This document shows, piece by piece, positions 1-9,236 of a stretch of DNA of 64,000 bases. Source of the DNA: Escherichia phage 241Ecol014PP; the sequence record OR062943.1. One strand, written 5' to 3'. The position numbers and the translations under genes were made by a program. Each line of letters starts with the position of its first letter. The stretch's first letter is position 1. The notes under the pieces are model-generated. The model had not been told where the DNA came from, searched no databases, and saw only the letters and a program-made list of their open reading frames with translations.

Positions 1-600
1 AAATTGTTGGATAGCTAACCAGTCGTCAGCCTCGATACCGTTGATCACTTGAGCATTATACTGCTTTTGGAGATACTGTCTTGCATCTCCAAGCAGCAGT
101 GGTCGAAGAGTATTGTTACGGTTGGCTTTATATCTTTCCGGCATGGGAAGATCTAGTCTGAAATTACCTGTGCCTCCAAGTACCCCCACGCACCGATCTT
201 CCGGAATACCGAGATAATTAAGGACTGCATTAGCTTTACACTTAATTGTGTGCAAGCAGTTCTCTACAGGATCAGGGGTTTGGATATCCAAGACATCGAA
301 ATCTTCGCGTGTCCACGGAATAAACTCCTTGCCAGCCTTTTTACATGCAGCTTCACGGTTGGTATTCTCAGCTTTTAACCAACCACCAACGGTGTTCTTC
401 TGCCGCCCCCAGAACTCTGTTCGTGTTTTAAACATCTTCTTACGTCCGGAGGCTTTGTGTGTTACCTCAATTGTCCTTTTTTCACAACTTGCTGCAGCTT
501 GGTATGCAACCTGATCGAAGTCATAATAAACTATAGCGTCAGGTTCAAGAAGATCAGCCAGACAATCTATGGACTCAATAAGTGGATATTCTCTACTCAA
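1..600 (-). CDS. 5'-3' exonuclease / flap endonuclease (T4 RNase H-like); partial, C-terminus runs off the window start
   Basis: Reverse-strand translation (absent from ORF track, no in-window stop) reads ...IVYYDFDQVAYQAAAS...GIEADDWLAIQQF; the DFxQ(V/I)A and EADD motifs match my recollection of T4 RNase H. Candidate TTG start at 600-598 after AGGAGG at 610-605. Confidence 0.5.
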   Translation of the reverse strand, partial: MSREYPLIESIDCLADLLEPDAIVYYDFDQVAYQAAASCEKRTIEVTHKASGRKKMFKTRTEFWGRQKNTVGGWLKAENTNREAACKKAGKEFIPWTREDFDVLDIQTPDPVENCLHTIKCKANAVLNYLGIPEDRCVGVLGGTGNFRLDLPMPERYKANRNNTLRPLLLGDARQYLQKQYNAQVINGIEADDWLAIQQF

Positions 601-901
601 AGACCCTCCTGTTAGTTACTCTGCAAGATGGTTGGATGCTGTAATGAAATGCATCATCACTTTCTGCAATAAGTGACTCAACATCCCAATACTTTTCAAA
701 AAGGAACGGATTAGACCCCCAGTGGTGGGTTATTTTCATCAAGGAGTCTGGTATCAGATAGCCACAGATCTTAATTACATCGCCAGGTTGAATTGTGTTT
801 TCATGAAGGTTGCTTGCCTTCTTCAGAATCATACCTTTGTGATTCTCATTTGCATACAACTGGACGATATCTTTATCTTCAACAATAAAAATTTTAAGCA
901 T
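593..901 (-). CDS. hypothetical protein (102 aa)
   Basis: ORF-track ORF, co-directional with the early operon; no recognisable motif. Confidence 0.4.
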   Translation of the reverse strand: MLKIFIVEDKDIVQLYANENHKGMILKKASNLHENTIQPGDVIKICGYLIPDSLMKITHHWGSNPFLFEKYWDVESLIAESDDAFHYSIQPSCRVTNRRVFE

Positions 902-960
902 ACCTAGTTCTCCTAGTTAATAAATAGTTAACTGATAATATCAGATCAGAGACTCATTTG

Positions 961-1254
961 TCAAGACTTTTTAGTCTTTCTTGGAGAGCTTTTTGTTGAT
1001 CTTTTTCTTTTGTGGTAAATTCCAAGTGCAGCATTTTCTTGGGCACACGTTTTAACGGTTTTTAGATCAGAGCTTTCAGCTTTAGGTAGATTAAGCTCCC
1101 ACCAACCCAACCAGTAAAGCTCTGATTCCGACAACTGCTCAGATTCAGACTTCCGATACAAGGCTTGCATACCTCTGATGATATCGTCCAGAGGTGTATC
1201 GAATACAAAAGCTGTCTTATCAAATTTCTCTTTTGCAGGTTTCTTAGCCATCAA
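961..1254 (-). CDS. hypothetical protein (97 aa), basic C-terminus
   Basis: ORF-track ORF in the early operon; Lys/Arg-rich tail (KRKRSTKSSPRKTKKS). Confidence 0.4.
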   Translation of the reverse strand: MMAKKPAKEKFDKTAFVFDTPLDDIIRGMQALYRKSESEQLSESELYWLGWWELNLPKAESSDLKTVKTCAQENAALGIYHKRKRSTKSSPRKTKKS

Positions 1255-1708
1255 GGTAACCCTCTATCCACGAAAAGTCAGTCTTCCATTCTGGAACTTT
1301 ACTAAGCTCACGCCACTCTGCAAAGCAGTCTCGGTAATAGGCCTCTGCCATACCCTTGGTGATCTTATTCACCTTAGCCAACTGATTAACTGCTTGAGCA
1401 TACTTTCCACGGATATTTGCTAACCCAGGATGCACCGATGTGTGACAATCTGGGCACAACGCTATCAGTCCGACAAGCCGGATCACTCCCTCTTCGAAAG
1501 TGTAAAGTTCATGACACTCCACTGGATGTTTGCTGCCTTTACCTCCGCACACCTCACAAGTGTAGTTTGCTTCTCTGTAGCACTTCTTGCGGATCTTATC
1601 CCACTCACTCTTCTTCACAGCGTTCCGGAGGTTATTATACCAAGCTGTTTCTGGGATCAGTTGCACAATAAGCCTGCGTTCAGACTTCATTAAACGTCCG
1701 TCTTCCAC
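1244..1708 (-). CDS. HNH endonuclease-like protein
   Basis: CEVCGG...HPVECHELY...LCPDCH spacing of Cys/His matches the HNH zinc-finger nuclease pattern. Confidence 0.5.
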   Translation of the reverse strand: MEDGRLMKSERRLIVQLIPETAWYNNLRNAVKKSEWDKIRKKCYREANYTCEVCGGKGSKHPVECHELYTFEEGVIRLVGLIALCPDCHTSVHPGLANIRGKYAQAVNQLAKVNKITKGMAEAYYRDCFAEWRELSKVPEWKTDFSWIEGYLDG

Positions 1709-1717
1709 GTATTCTCC

Positions 1718-1924
1718 TCATTCAAAGAAATGGGTGCGAGGACAAGATCCCGCCTCGCCTTGTTTCACAAGCTCGTAGAGCTCACCTTGGCTTGTCTCAT
1801 AAAGGCAAATACGTTTACCATTGTCCCGATATACATCGACAAGATACGCTGTTTCACCTGCAAACACGACACCACAGGCCAGACATGCTGCCATGAACAA
1901 AATTGCCAACAGAAAATCTTTCAT
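1718..1924 (-). CDS. small secreted protein, probable lipoprotein (68 aa)
   Basis: N-terminal hydrophobic signal (LLAILFMAAC) with lipobox-like MAAC/LAC; four further Cys in the short mature part. Confidence 0.45.
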   Translation of the reverse strand: MKDFLLAILFMAACLACGVVFAGETAYLVDVYRDNGKRICLYETSQGELYELVKQGEAGSCPRTHFFE

Positions 1925-1987
1925 GGTTAAACCCTCCTAAACATTTTATGAGGTAAAAATACCACGTCCGTGTGGTTATGTCAATGA

Positions 1988-2749
1988 TCAATCCTCAACA
2001 CAAGGTCTTGGATAGCCTCTGGATAACTTCCACTCAGTTAGTGACATTCCTCCGTAGAGACAGTTTACTTCCCAAGACTTTCTTGCACAAACTGCCTCCC
2101 ACCAGGGGTTTAGCCACTTCCTGTCGTTGAAGCACCTTAAGTTTCTTCCTTTGTTATCTCGTGCCCTCCAACAGGTATCTTTCTTAGACCAATCAATACC
2201 TGGCAGGATATTATTCTTGTGCGGGTTTGGAACTATCTTTAAAGCCTCTTCCGGGTTGGCTATTGACCATTCAACCCTAGACTTAGCCTCTTCGAAAGTG
2301 TCAAAATCTCCCAACCTAACATTTACCCTATTTATCCTTCTACTTGCCCTCCACTTACCCTCTCTTTTCAGCCATACCACACCAGTCACTGTAGAGGTGT
2401 TATTGCTTTGCACATTTTCCAAGGCTCTCTTACAGTAGTTATCCCAAGGCTTCAACATTTGAAGGTTTTCTATCTTGTCTACAGGCACTCCGTTAGTAGA
2501 ATTTTTCTTAGAGATAATATGATCAATATGCCAAGTATCTGTGACACATCCGTAAAACATGTCAAAAATTTCCCTATGTCTGCCACGTTTAACATTTGTC
2601 AGCTTATTGTACACTTGGAAATATCCAGTCTTTTTGTTGTAGTGTCCAGCCCTATTTCCATTCCTACTGCAGCCAGGTTTCCAAAAGATTAGATCACCAT
2701 CCTTGTACCAATAAGGGTAGTGATCATTAAAAAAGAAATGTATCGTCAT
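1988..2749 (-). CDS. HNH homing endonuclease with AP2-type DNA-binding domain
   Basis: WHIDHIISKKN...N HNH core near the N-terminus; GVVWLKREGKWRASRRINRVNVRLGDFDTFEEAKSRVE resembles an AP2 domain. Confidence 0.6.
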   Translation of the reverse strand: MTIHFFFNDHYPYWYKDGDLIFWKPGCSRNGNRAGHYNKKTGYFQVYNKLTNVKRGRHREIFDMFYGCVTDTWHIDHIISKKNSTNGVPVDKIENLQMLKPWDNYCKRALENVQSNNTSTVTGVVWLKREGKWRASRRINRVNVRLGDFDTFEEAKSRVEWSIANPEEALKIVPNPHKNNILPGIDWSKKDTCWRARDNKGRNLRCFNDRKWLNPWWEAVCARKSWEVNCLYGGMSLTEWKLSRGYPRPCVED

Positions 2750-2803
2750 ATCTCAACACACCTCTGGTGTAGCAAGGTAGGAGAGTGGCCTACCTTTTAA
2801 GCA

Positions 2804-3301
2804 TTAATCCAGAACAACACCTCCAAACTCTACAAATTTCTTAAGCAACTTGTCAATGGTTTTTGGATTTTGGTCGTACTGGTTGTAGGGGAACGAAGCC
2901 CAAATATTTGAGGTCTTACGTATAGCAGATTTAATATGACCGTTATCTATATCTTCAAGTGCTTTACGTTCCCTGATCAACTGGATCGCCCACTTATCCT
3001 GACTGTCTGGTCCAAAATCCGGCAACTTAAGCTGTTTTTTGTAGTGTTCCCAGTATTTGACAAGAAATTGATATTTACCGCAGGCTGTAGTTCTTTGCCC
3101 TTTTGAGTTAAACACTTTACCAGGGCGACCGTTTGCAAAAGGGTGCGTAGAAAAATCTGTAAAGATTTCAGGTTTTCCGTCCATCCCGTATGCTACAACA
3201 TCGTATCCTCCACATTTGGTGGCAGGGTGGGTTGTTGTTCCCTCTGCCCAGCCAATAAGATCCAAGAAAGCTTTTCGTTGAACATTTTTATCAAGTTTCA
3301 T
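2804..3301 (-). CDS. endolysin, lambda R-like lytic transglycosylase
   Basis: Near-colinear with lambda R as I recall it: QRKAFLD..W.EGT, GYDV, FTD(F/Y)S.HP, G(K/R)YQ(F/L)L, QLKL.DF.P.SQD, RK(T/C)SNIWAS(F/L)P, F(V/K)E(F/A)GG. Confidence 0.8.
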   Translation of the reverse strand: MKLDKNVQRKAFLDLIGWAEGTTTHPATKCGGYDVVAYGMDGKPEIFTDFSTHPFANGRPGKVFNSKGQRTTACGKYQFLVKYWEHYKKQLKLPDFGPDSQDKWAIQLIRERKALEDIDNGHIKSAIRKTSNIWASFPYNQYDQNPKTIDKLLKKFVEFGGVVLD

Positions 3302-3425
3302 TTTTCATACTCTCCAGTTTACTCATAACTAACCCGATCAACAACACTGCGTGGTGTGGTTATGTAGGTGCCAATTGAAAAACCATCATTCAATTGGCTA
3401 CCGTTACCTACTAGACCACCCTACA

Positions 3426-4709
3426 TCATTCCAGAACCTCCCAAGTATCTGGGTTAACATTTCGGACGCAGATACCGACAGGGAATTGGTAGTTGTTGTC
3501 TTCTGTCCTTGCTTGATATTTGAAGGTGACAAACTTGCCGATCATTTCCTGCATCCTGTCATAGCTACGCTCCTCGTGCGTGCCTTTCATCTTCATTTTA
3601 ACAACAACACCCTCCTTGTCAACACAGATAAGAACACCTTCATCATTCTTATCTTTCTCAACGTCAATAACTTTCACCTCTGCGTCGTTGAACTTTTTCC
3701 ATTTCAATGCTTCAGATGTTCGCTGACCATACTCATACTTACCACAGAAGTTACGCATAATGGTACCTTCATATCCTTCAGACATAAATATACCAACAGA
3801 CTCTTCGCACCGATCAACTGTATATGCAAGCTCTGCATCAACAACCTTAATATGATCAAGCATCAAAGAAGAAATAGCACCATTTGCCTCCATAAGATCC
3901 TTACAGCGCCCAGACTCTGTTTCAGGATCCCACCACACCTTATCGCTAGGGATATCGAAAATATGATACTCTAAGTCGTAGCTGCAGTACCCTCCGTAAC
4001 GCAAATCATCACGAACAGGCTCAACATCAACAGGAATGTCCATCTTATTGAAGTTTTTGTATGTTGCTAAACCTGCCTTAATCGCAGCCTGACGGCGTTT
4101 TTTATCTGCCTCATAGTCTTTATCGATCTCGGCCTGAATCTCTTCCTGTGTGCGCCACCGTTTAGCAAGAGACACTATTTTCTGCAAAGGAAGACCATGA
4201 ATGTATAGTTCCCCATCAAGTTGTTTAATCCCAGTGGTAGAATGGAAAGAACGAAGTTGCTCTAAAAGCTTTCCTTGAATAGGGTAGGACTTATTACCAC
4301 GGGAAATAAATTTAGGCTCACCATTTTGGAAAACAACAAGCAGACGAAGGCCATCTAACTTACGCAAGATCCAGCAAGGTAATTTAAGTGCCTTGCCACG
4401 CTTCAGGTAGTCATGCACCAGCATGGGTAAAAGGTCAACACCCTGCTCGCAATCTTCCATGTTTTCAACATACCCCAGACGGACTTGTTTTTCCCACTTA
4501 CTGATCGCTTCCAGCTCGGCCTGTTGCTCAGCTGTAGTTTCATTGGTACGACCCACGTTCTTAGGTGTGCAGATCGTCTCTTTGTATTGCAGTTTACCAT
4601 CAAGCTTGCCAAACTCTACGATAACCTTATCACCATCCGTGAATACTTTCCACTGTTGGTAGCTGCCATCTTTGTTCAGTGCGTACAGTGTTGTTTTGAT
4701 TTGATGCAT
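3426..4709 (-). CDS. ATP-dependent DNA ligase
   Basis: Nucleotidyltransferase motif I KLDGLR (KxDGxR), motif IV EGYEGTIMR, motif V KWKKF; 427 aa. Confidence 0.65.
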   Translation of the reverse strand: MHQIKTTLYALNKDGSYQQWKVFTDGDKVIVEFGKLDGKLQYKETICTPKNVGRTNETTAEQQAELEAISKWEKQVRLGYVENMEDCEQGVDLLPMLVHDYLKRGKALKLPCWILRKLDGLRLLVVFQNGEPKFISRGNKSYPIQGKLLEQLRSFHSTTGIKQLDGELYIHGLPLQKIVSLAKRWRTQEEIQAEIDKDYEADKKRRQAAIKAGLATYKNFNKMDIPVDVEPVRDDLRYGGYCSYDLEYHIFDIPSDKVWWDPETESGRCKDLMEANGAISSLMLDHIKVVDAELAYTVDRCEESVGIFMSEGYEGTIMRNFCGKYEYGQRTSEALKWKKFNDAEVKVIDVEKDKNDEGVLICVDKEGVVVKMKMKGTHEERSYDRMQEMIGKFVTFKYQARTEDNNYQFPVGICVRNVNPDTWEVLE

Positions 4710-4978
4710 TACTCTACCTCTTCCTTAAAAATTTTAAACATCTCTTCTTTACTCATTACCAACCAGTCCCCCATAAAATCAACAAGCCAATCACCCTGGT
4801 ACAAGACTAGGTTACCAAACGGCTCTACAAGCTCACACATACGACGAAGATCTCTGGTCCGAACAGGTGACGATGTAAACACACCTGTATCAATCCACCG
4901 TTGCAGATCAGATACTGATGAAGAGCTTCCGTCAAACTGGTGTGCTTCTACAGGTTTAGCAAGATTAAATAACGGCAT
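4709..4978 (-). CDS. hypothetical protein (89 aa)
   Basis: ORF-track ORF overlapping the ligase start by 1 nt. Confidence 0.35.
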   Translation of the reverse strand: MPLFNLAKPVEAHQFDGSSSSVSDLQRWIDTGVFTSSPVRTRDLRRMCELVEPFGNLVLYQGDWLVDFMGDWLVMSKEEMFKIFKEEVE

Positions 4979-5303
4979 TGCAGTCCTCCTTATCTAATAG
5001 GTCTTTTATCGGGTAAACAAGCAGGTGTGGATCGTAATAATTTATAGTTTTATTCTGCCACACTATGAACTTAATTACAACTAAATTTACCACATCTTTA
5101 TCTCCATGTAGTCCAACACACAGATTTGTCCATATTTTGTGGTTGAATACTTTGCTGTCGATGTAGATTTTAGTGTCAAACTTATCCTCTATCCTGCCTA
5201 TGAGTTTAACCAACTCTTTCATCTGATCCCCAAACACAGCATCGTTTTCAAGATCTCTAGAGTGCTTGTACATAACTATCTGCCTCACTTGCATACTTTC
5301 CAC
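4965..5303 (-). CDS. hypothetical protein (112 aa)
   Basis: ORF-track ORF in the operon; no recognisable motif. Confidence 0.35.
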   Translation of the reverse strand: MESMQVRQIVMYKHSRDLENDAVFGDQMKELVKLIGRIEDKFDTKIYIDSKVFNHKIWTNLCVGLHGDKDVVNLVVIKFIVWQNKTINYYDPHLLVYPIKDLLDKEDCNAVI

Positions 5304-5336
5304 AACAAGTAAAGCCGGGTAATCCCGGCTATGTTG

Positions 5337-6050
5337 TTAAATATACTCTGTTACATCCTTGAAGCTAGAAGGCTTCATGATCTTACCTTTACTGTCAAGA
5401 AATATGATAACTTTATTACCGTTGTAGAATTCTTCCTTAGCAACAAAACCTTCATATCTACCATCAAAGCGTCGCTCAAGATCTTTAATCTCCAACTCGA
5501 TGAGTTGTTCAGCAGGCATATCTGCACTGGCACCGTGTGAATACCGTAGATGGTTGACCCGTGCAAACTTGCTGTCATTAGATTTGAGAACCTTACGCAT
5601 CATCCCGCACACATCGCCGCGAAGCTGGAACAGCAAAGCTGTTGACAACTCTGCTAAGCGGTAAGCGGATGCTCTTTGCTTAGAGGTGTTTTTCGCAGCG
5701 ATCAGTGTATCATAGAACTCACCGATCTTGAACTTAAGACCTCGCGGATTATCAAACAGGTTTGACCACTTTTCGTGATTATCATTAACAAGATAAGCGG
5801 CATAACTTGTGACAACGTGAAGATCGCAGGCCTCTTTTAGCAGGTGATCTCCACCATCACCTTTCTCCAGCTCTTCCAAAACTTCATTGAACTCTTCCTC
5901 AATGAAGCTAAGCTGTAATTCGAATGGTGTGTATGATTTTTTCACTTTAGCTGCCACACGGTTCCAGTTTTCCACCCAGTTGGCAGACCAAAAGTAGTTT
6001 TCAGGCTGAGACAGTTTTTCCAGGTTGTCGATCAGTTTAGTATTCAGCAT
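5337..6050 (-). CDS. MazG-like nucleotide pyrophosphohydrolase domain protein (237 aa)
   Basis: FIEEEFNEVLEELEKGDGGDHLLKEACDLHVV fits the MazG-type E-x-x-E...E-x-x-D helix pair; C-terminal half unassigned. Confidence 0.4.
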   Translation of the reverse strand: MLNTKLIDNLEKLSQPENYFWSANWVENWNRVAAKVKKSYTPFELQLSFIEEEFNEVLEELEKGDGGDHLLKEACDLHVVTSYAAYLVNDNHEKWSNLFDNPRGLKFKIGEFYDTLIAAKNTSKQRASAYRLAELSTALLFQLRGDVCGMMRKVLKSNDSKFARVNHLRYSHGASADMPAEQLIELEIKDLERRFDGRYEGFVAKEEFYNGNKVIIFLDSKGKIMKPSSFKDVTEYI

Positions 6051-6063
6051 TAAAGGTCTCCTT

Positions 6064-6825
6064 TTAAAGTTCCATAAAGTTTTCTACGGTCTCAATGAAT
6101 GTTTTATCAGAGAAAGCGTCAACCGCCCCGTTAAACCAAACTGGGATGCCGCGATCCTCATACTGGTAAATATCACTACGTGAAATTCCATTCTCCTCTA
6201 GATGCTGTGAGTCGTATTTGTTAACGATCAGCAGTTTGGTTCCCTTATTGCAGGCAGGGAATAGTTCCCAGTTAAAATTGATAACTGTGTTGGAACAACC
6301 TACAAGGATAACCATATCATTGCTCGTGAGAGAAGTCAACAGGTCATACATGTCTGTATACTTCGGAGCTACTTCTCCGAAGAACACCACATTAGGCTTA
6401 ACCCAGATATACTTTCCTGGATCTACCTCAGAGTATCCAATGTCCTTAATGACGTTACTTCCTTCATCGTCCTCATAGACTATTTCTGGCAAATACCCGT
6501 GGACATGTAGAATATCTTCATGTTTTACACCAGCACGCTCCAGCAAATCATCTACATTGGTGGTAAGATTGATCACACGGCCAGGCCAGCGGGAATACCA
6601 CTCAGCGATCCGGAGATGCGCAAGGTTAGGATCAACACTGCCCAGAGCTACACGGCGTGCATTGTAAAAGTCATGCACCTTATAGTAGTTCTTGGCAAAG
6701 GTGTGGATGTTGCACACCTCATCGATGCTGAAATTCTCCCACATTGCAGTGCTACCAGATCGGAAAGTGGGAATACCAGATTCAGCGCTCAAACCAGCAC
6801 CGGAGATAATAATCAGTCGTCGCAT
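6064..6825 (-). CDS. SIR2 (sirtuin) family protein lacking the zinc-ribbon
   Basis: GAGLSAESGIPTFRSG, TTNVDDL, catalytic LHVHG, VVFFGE; no CxxC...CxxC module. Confidence 0.75.
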   Translation of the reverse strand: MRRLIIISGAGLSAESGIPTFRSGSTAMWENFSIDEVCNIHTFAKNYYKVHDFYNARRVALGSVDPNLAHLRIAEWYSRWPGRVINLTTNVDDLLERAGVKHEDILHVHGYLPEIVYEDDEGSNVIKDIGYSEVDPGKYIWVKPNVVFFGEVAPKYTDMYDLLTSLTSNDMVILVGCSNTVINFNWELFPACNKGTKLLIVNKYDSQHLEENGISRSDIYQYEDRGIPVWFNGAVDAFSDKTFIETVENFMEL

Positions 6826-6833
6826 AAGTGTCC

Positions 6834-7184
6834 TCAGTAGATGTTTTGTTTAATCTCTATTCCAAACTTTTTAAACGAGTCAGCTGCAAGCATGAATTTA
6901 CGAGCCGCTGATGGATTAGAAGTGTGCACGAAAATCTTCACGTTGTCAACTACAGGAGGCTTACCAAATACAAATTTTTCCTCTAACATGCAGAAACAGT
7001 CGTACCCTTCTAAGACTTCTCCTAAATCGCTGTCAAAATGCCACTCAGAAACGCGCCTGTAGAGCTTTCTATTATCGTTAATAAAATCCATGAACTCAGA
7101 AGAGTTCTTCAGCCAAAGAGCATTTTGGATTCCGTAATTTGACGGATCTCTCAAGTCATCCAGCCACACAATCAACTTCTTCAT
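6834..7184 (-). CDS. hypothetical protein (116 aa), translationally coupled to RNA ligase
   Basis: Start ATG 7184-7182 overlaps the RNA ligase stop TGA 7183-7181 (ATGA); GAGGA upstream. The track's longer start (7214) lies inside the ligase gene. Confidence 0.4.
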   Translation of the reverse strand: MKKLIVWLDDLRDPSNYGIQNALWLKNSSEFMDFINDNRKLYRRVSEWHFDSDLGEVLEGYDCFCMLEEKFVFGKPPVVDNVKIFVHTSNPSAARKFMLAADSFKKFGIEIKQNIY

Positions 7185-8116
7185 TGCATATAGTCCTCGT
7201 TGTGAAAATAGCAATCAAGTATCTCACGGCGTTCCTGCTCCAGGAGGCAGTTCCACACATCTTCTGTGTAATTGCTACGAATGAAGTTTACCATGCCGTA
7301 AAACTCTTCGTCAATACGTTTAAAGATATCATCATCCCAAATCTTCCAAGCTTTACCCCTCATTACGGCCTTCCGTGCCAAATAGTATGGAGACTTGATC
7401 TTCAGCTGCAGGTCATAAGGGTAGTAAGGCTTACGGATCATATACCCTTCGCCCCTTGTTTCTGCGGCTAATTCTTTTGCATAGCTGAACGGGATTTCAC
7501 GCACAGTGAGAGGACGTTTTGCACCAAGGTATTTGGCAATCCCATCTAAAGCTGCTTCTGGTAGCATTATTCCAGAATCATTATATCTGCAACCTATCAA
7601 ATATGCGCCATGGTCTTCTTGAACAATATGCGGATCTGAAGGGTGACAAATTTCAAACATGAATGTCATGTTTTCATTGCCCATAACCTTCTTGATAAGA
7701 TCTAAATTACCACATTGCTCTTGGATGGTTTCCTTTGCAAGGTTACAATATGGAGAATCAAGAGACCCGGTTGTTGAGAACAATAGGTCACCTTTATGAG
7801 ATGATACCACACCAAGGAATCCGTTCTTTTTCTCTACCGCAGTCACAAGCTTATTGTCAGGCAGGTTGGTGGAGTTTTCTCCCAAGTTAAACACTTTTGT
7901 GAAGGGCCATGCCACAACATTTCCTTCATTACCTACAACAATGCCTCGGCACTCCAGTAAACGAGGGGACAAATACCATAAATTGTTGTAAAATACTTTT
8001 CTAGCATATTTATAGATCTTTAACCCCAGATCTGGGTAATACCTACTGGTTACAAGACCTTTGTCAACTAGGTCGTCTGCATTAAAATACTTCATCATAC
8101 GTTCCTCATTTGTCAT
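7181..8116 (-). CDS. RNA ligase (Rnl1/Trl1-like nucleotidyltransferase)
   Basis: Motif I VEKKNGF (KxNG), motif IV EGYMIRK, motif V LKIKS; divergent from the kinase/phosphoesterase genes. Confidence 0.55.
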   Translation of the reverse strand: MTNEERMMKYFNADDLVDKGLVTSRYYPDLGLKIYKYARKVFYNNLWYLSPRLLECRGIVVGNEGNVVAWPFTKVFNLGENSTNLPDNKLVTAVEKKNGFLGVVSSHKGDLLFSTTGSLDSPYCNLAKETIQEQCGNLDLIKKVMGNENMTFMFEICHPSDPHIVQEDHGAYLIGCRYNDSGIMLPEAALDGIAKYLGAKRPLTVREIPFSYAKELAAETRGEGYMIRKPYYPYDLQLKIKSPYYLARKAVMRGKAWKIWDDDIFKRIDEEFYGMVNFIRSNYTEDVWNCLLEQERREILDCYFHNEDYMQ

Positions 8117-8159
8117 TTTGTCAGTCTATCCTGCCACACAAATAACCTAGTGTCAACAC

Positions 8160-8188
8160 TTGAAATTAACAAAACAGTTAGGTATACT
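8160..8188 (+). promoter_or_regulatory. sigma70-like promoter TTGAAA-17-TATACT
   Basis: In the 100-bp divergent region between RNA ligase (minus) and kinase (plus). Confidence 0.45.
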
Positions 8189-8216
8189 ATCGTTGAAATT
8201 AAAACGGAGGGTCACT

Positions 8217-8627
8217 ATGTCTAAAATGCTATATATCGTGCGTGGTCTACCAGGGTCTGGCAAATCAACACTGGCAAATGCGCTATCTTTAGAGGGTCTG
8301 TATCCACATTTTGAGAACGACATGTTCTGGTATGACGATGACGGCAATTACAACTGGGATGCAAGTAAAGTAACACTCGCAGCGAAATGGTGCAAAGATA
8401 ACGTAGAAGATATGATGCGTATGGGATACGACCGTATCGTGGTAAGTAATACGTTTACAAAAGAAAAACATGTGCAGGAATATGTTGACATGGCAATCAG
8501 TCATGGGTATAGTTATACCGTGATCGTGGTTGAAAACCGCCACGGTAATAAAAGCATTCATGATGTTCCAGACAAGGTTGTGGATCGTATGGAACGCCAG
8601 CTTAAAAACTGCATTAAACTTAAATGA
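8217..8627 (+). CDS. P-loop polynucleotide kinase-like protein
   Basis: Walker A GLPGSGKST near the N-terminus; ATG 8217 follows GGAGGG. The track's 8160 start would sit on the promoter. Confidence 0.55.
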   Translation: MSKMLYIVRGLPGSGKSTLANALSLEGLYPHFENDMFWYDDDGNYNWDASKVTLAAKWCKDNVEDMMRMGYDRIVVSNTFTKEKHVQEYVDMAISHGYSYTVIVVENRHGNKSIHDVPDKVVDRMERQLKNCIKLK

Positions 8628-8634
8628 GGAATGT

Positions 8635-9189
8635 ATGAAATACTTTGTAACAAGCGACACACACTTTCTCCACCAGCGGGTCATGGAGTTTGATTCATGT
8701 CAAAAACACAGATCTCAGTATGATCACAATCTTGACAGTATGAATGCGGGAATCATCGCCGAATGGAACTCTGTTGTGTCACCTGCAGACACTGTGTTCC
8801 ACTTGGGAGATATTGCGTGCACTAATGATAAGAATATCAACAACTTACTTCCAGATATTCTAAATATGTTGAACGGACATATTATTCTTGTTCGTGGCAA
8901 CCATGACACAAGGACGACTGTCAGAATTATGAAAGAGTTCGGTCATGAGGTTGTAGATTATTACGAGCTTCGCCACAACAAGAATTTGATCTGTATGAGC
9001 CATTACCAGTTTGCAAAGTGGAACAGAAAGCCTCACGGATCAGTCCAACTGTTCGGTCATGCTCACGGAACCACACAACAGTTGTTTGGCAGACAGTTTG
9101 ATGTCGGTTGGGATGTGTGGGGGAGACTCTTACCATTAGAAGAGGCATACCGTATTGCAATGAGTTTTGCTATTGACAGCGGGGAGTAA
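8635..9189 (+). CDS. calcineurin-like metallophosphoesterase
   Basis: SDTHF (D-x-H), GDIACTN (GD), GNHD (GNH[DE]), GHAHG; start placed at ATG 8635 because the D-x-H motif is N-terminal. Confidence 0.65.
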   Translation: MKYFVTSDTHFLHQRVMEFDSCQKHRSQYDHNLDSMNAGIIAEWNSVVSPADTVFHLGDIACTNDKNINNLLPDILNMLNGHIILVRGNHDTRTTVRIMKEFGHEVVDYYELRHNKNLICMSHYQFAKWNRKPHGSVQLFGHAHGTTQQLFGRQFDVGWDVWGRLLPLEEAYRIAMSFAIDSGE

Positions 9190-9236
9190 TCCCTGCTATT
9201 TTAAAGAAAATTGCCACACAAGGAGAATCAGGAGAT

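Noticed and set aside
248-514. Plus-strand 88-aa ORF
   Set aside because: Antisense to the minus-strand exonuclease reading frame.
8160-8216. Start at 8160 for the kinase
   Set aside because: Sits on the promoter -35/-10; ATG 8217 has a GGAGGG RBS and puts the P-loop at the N-terminus.
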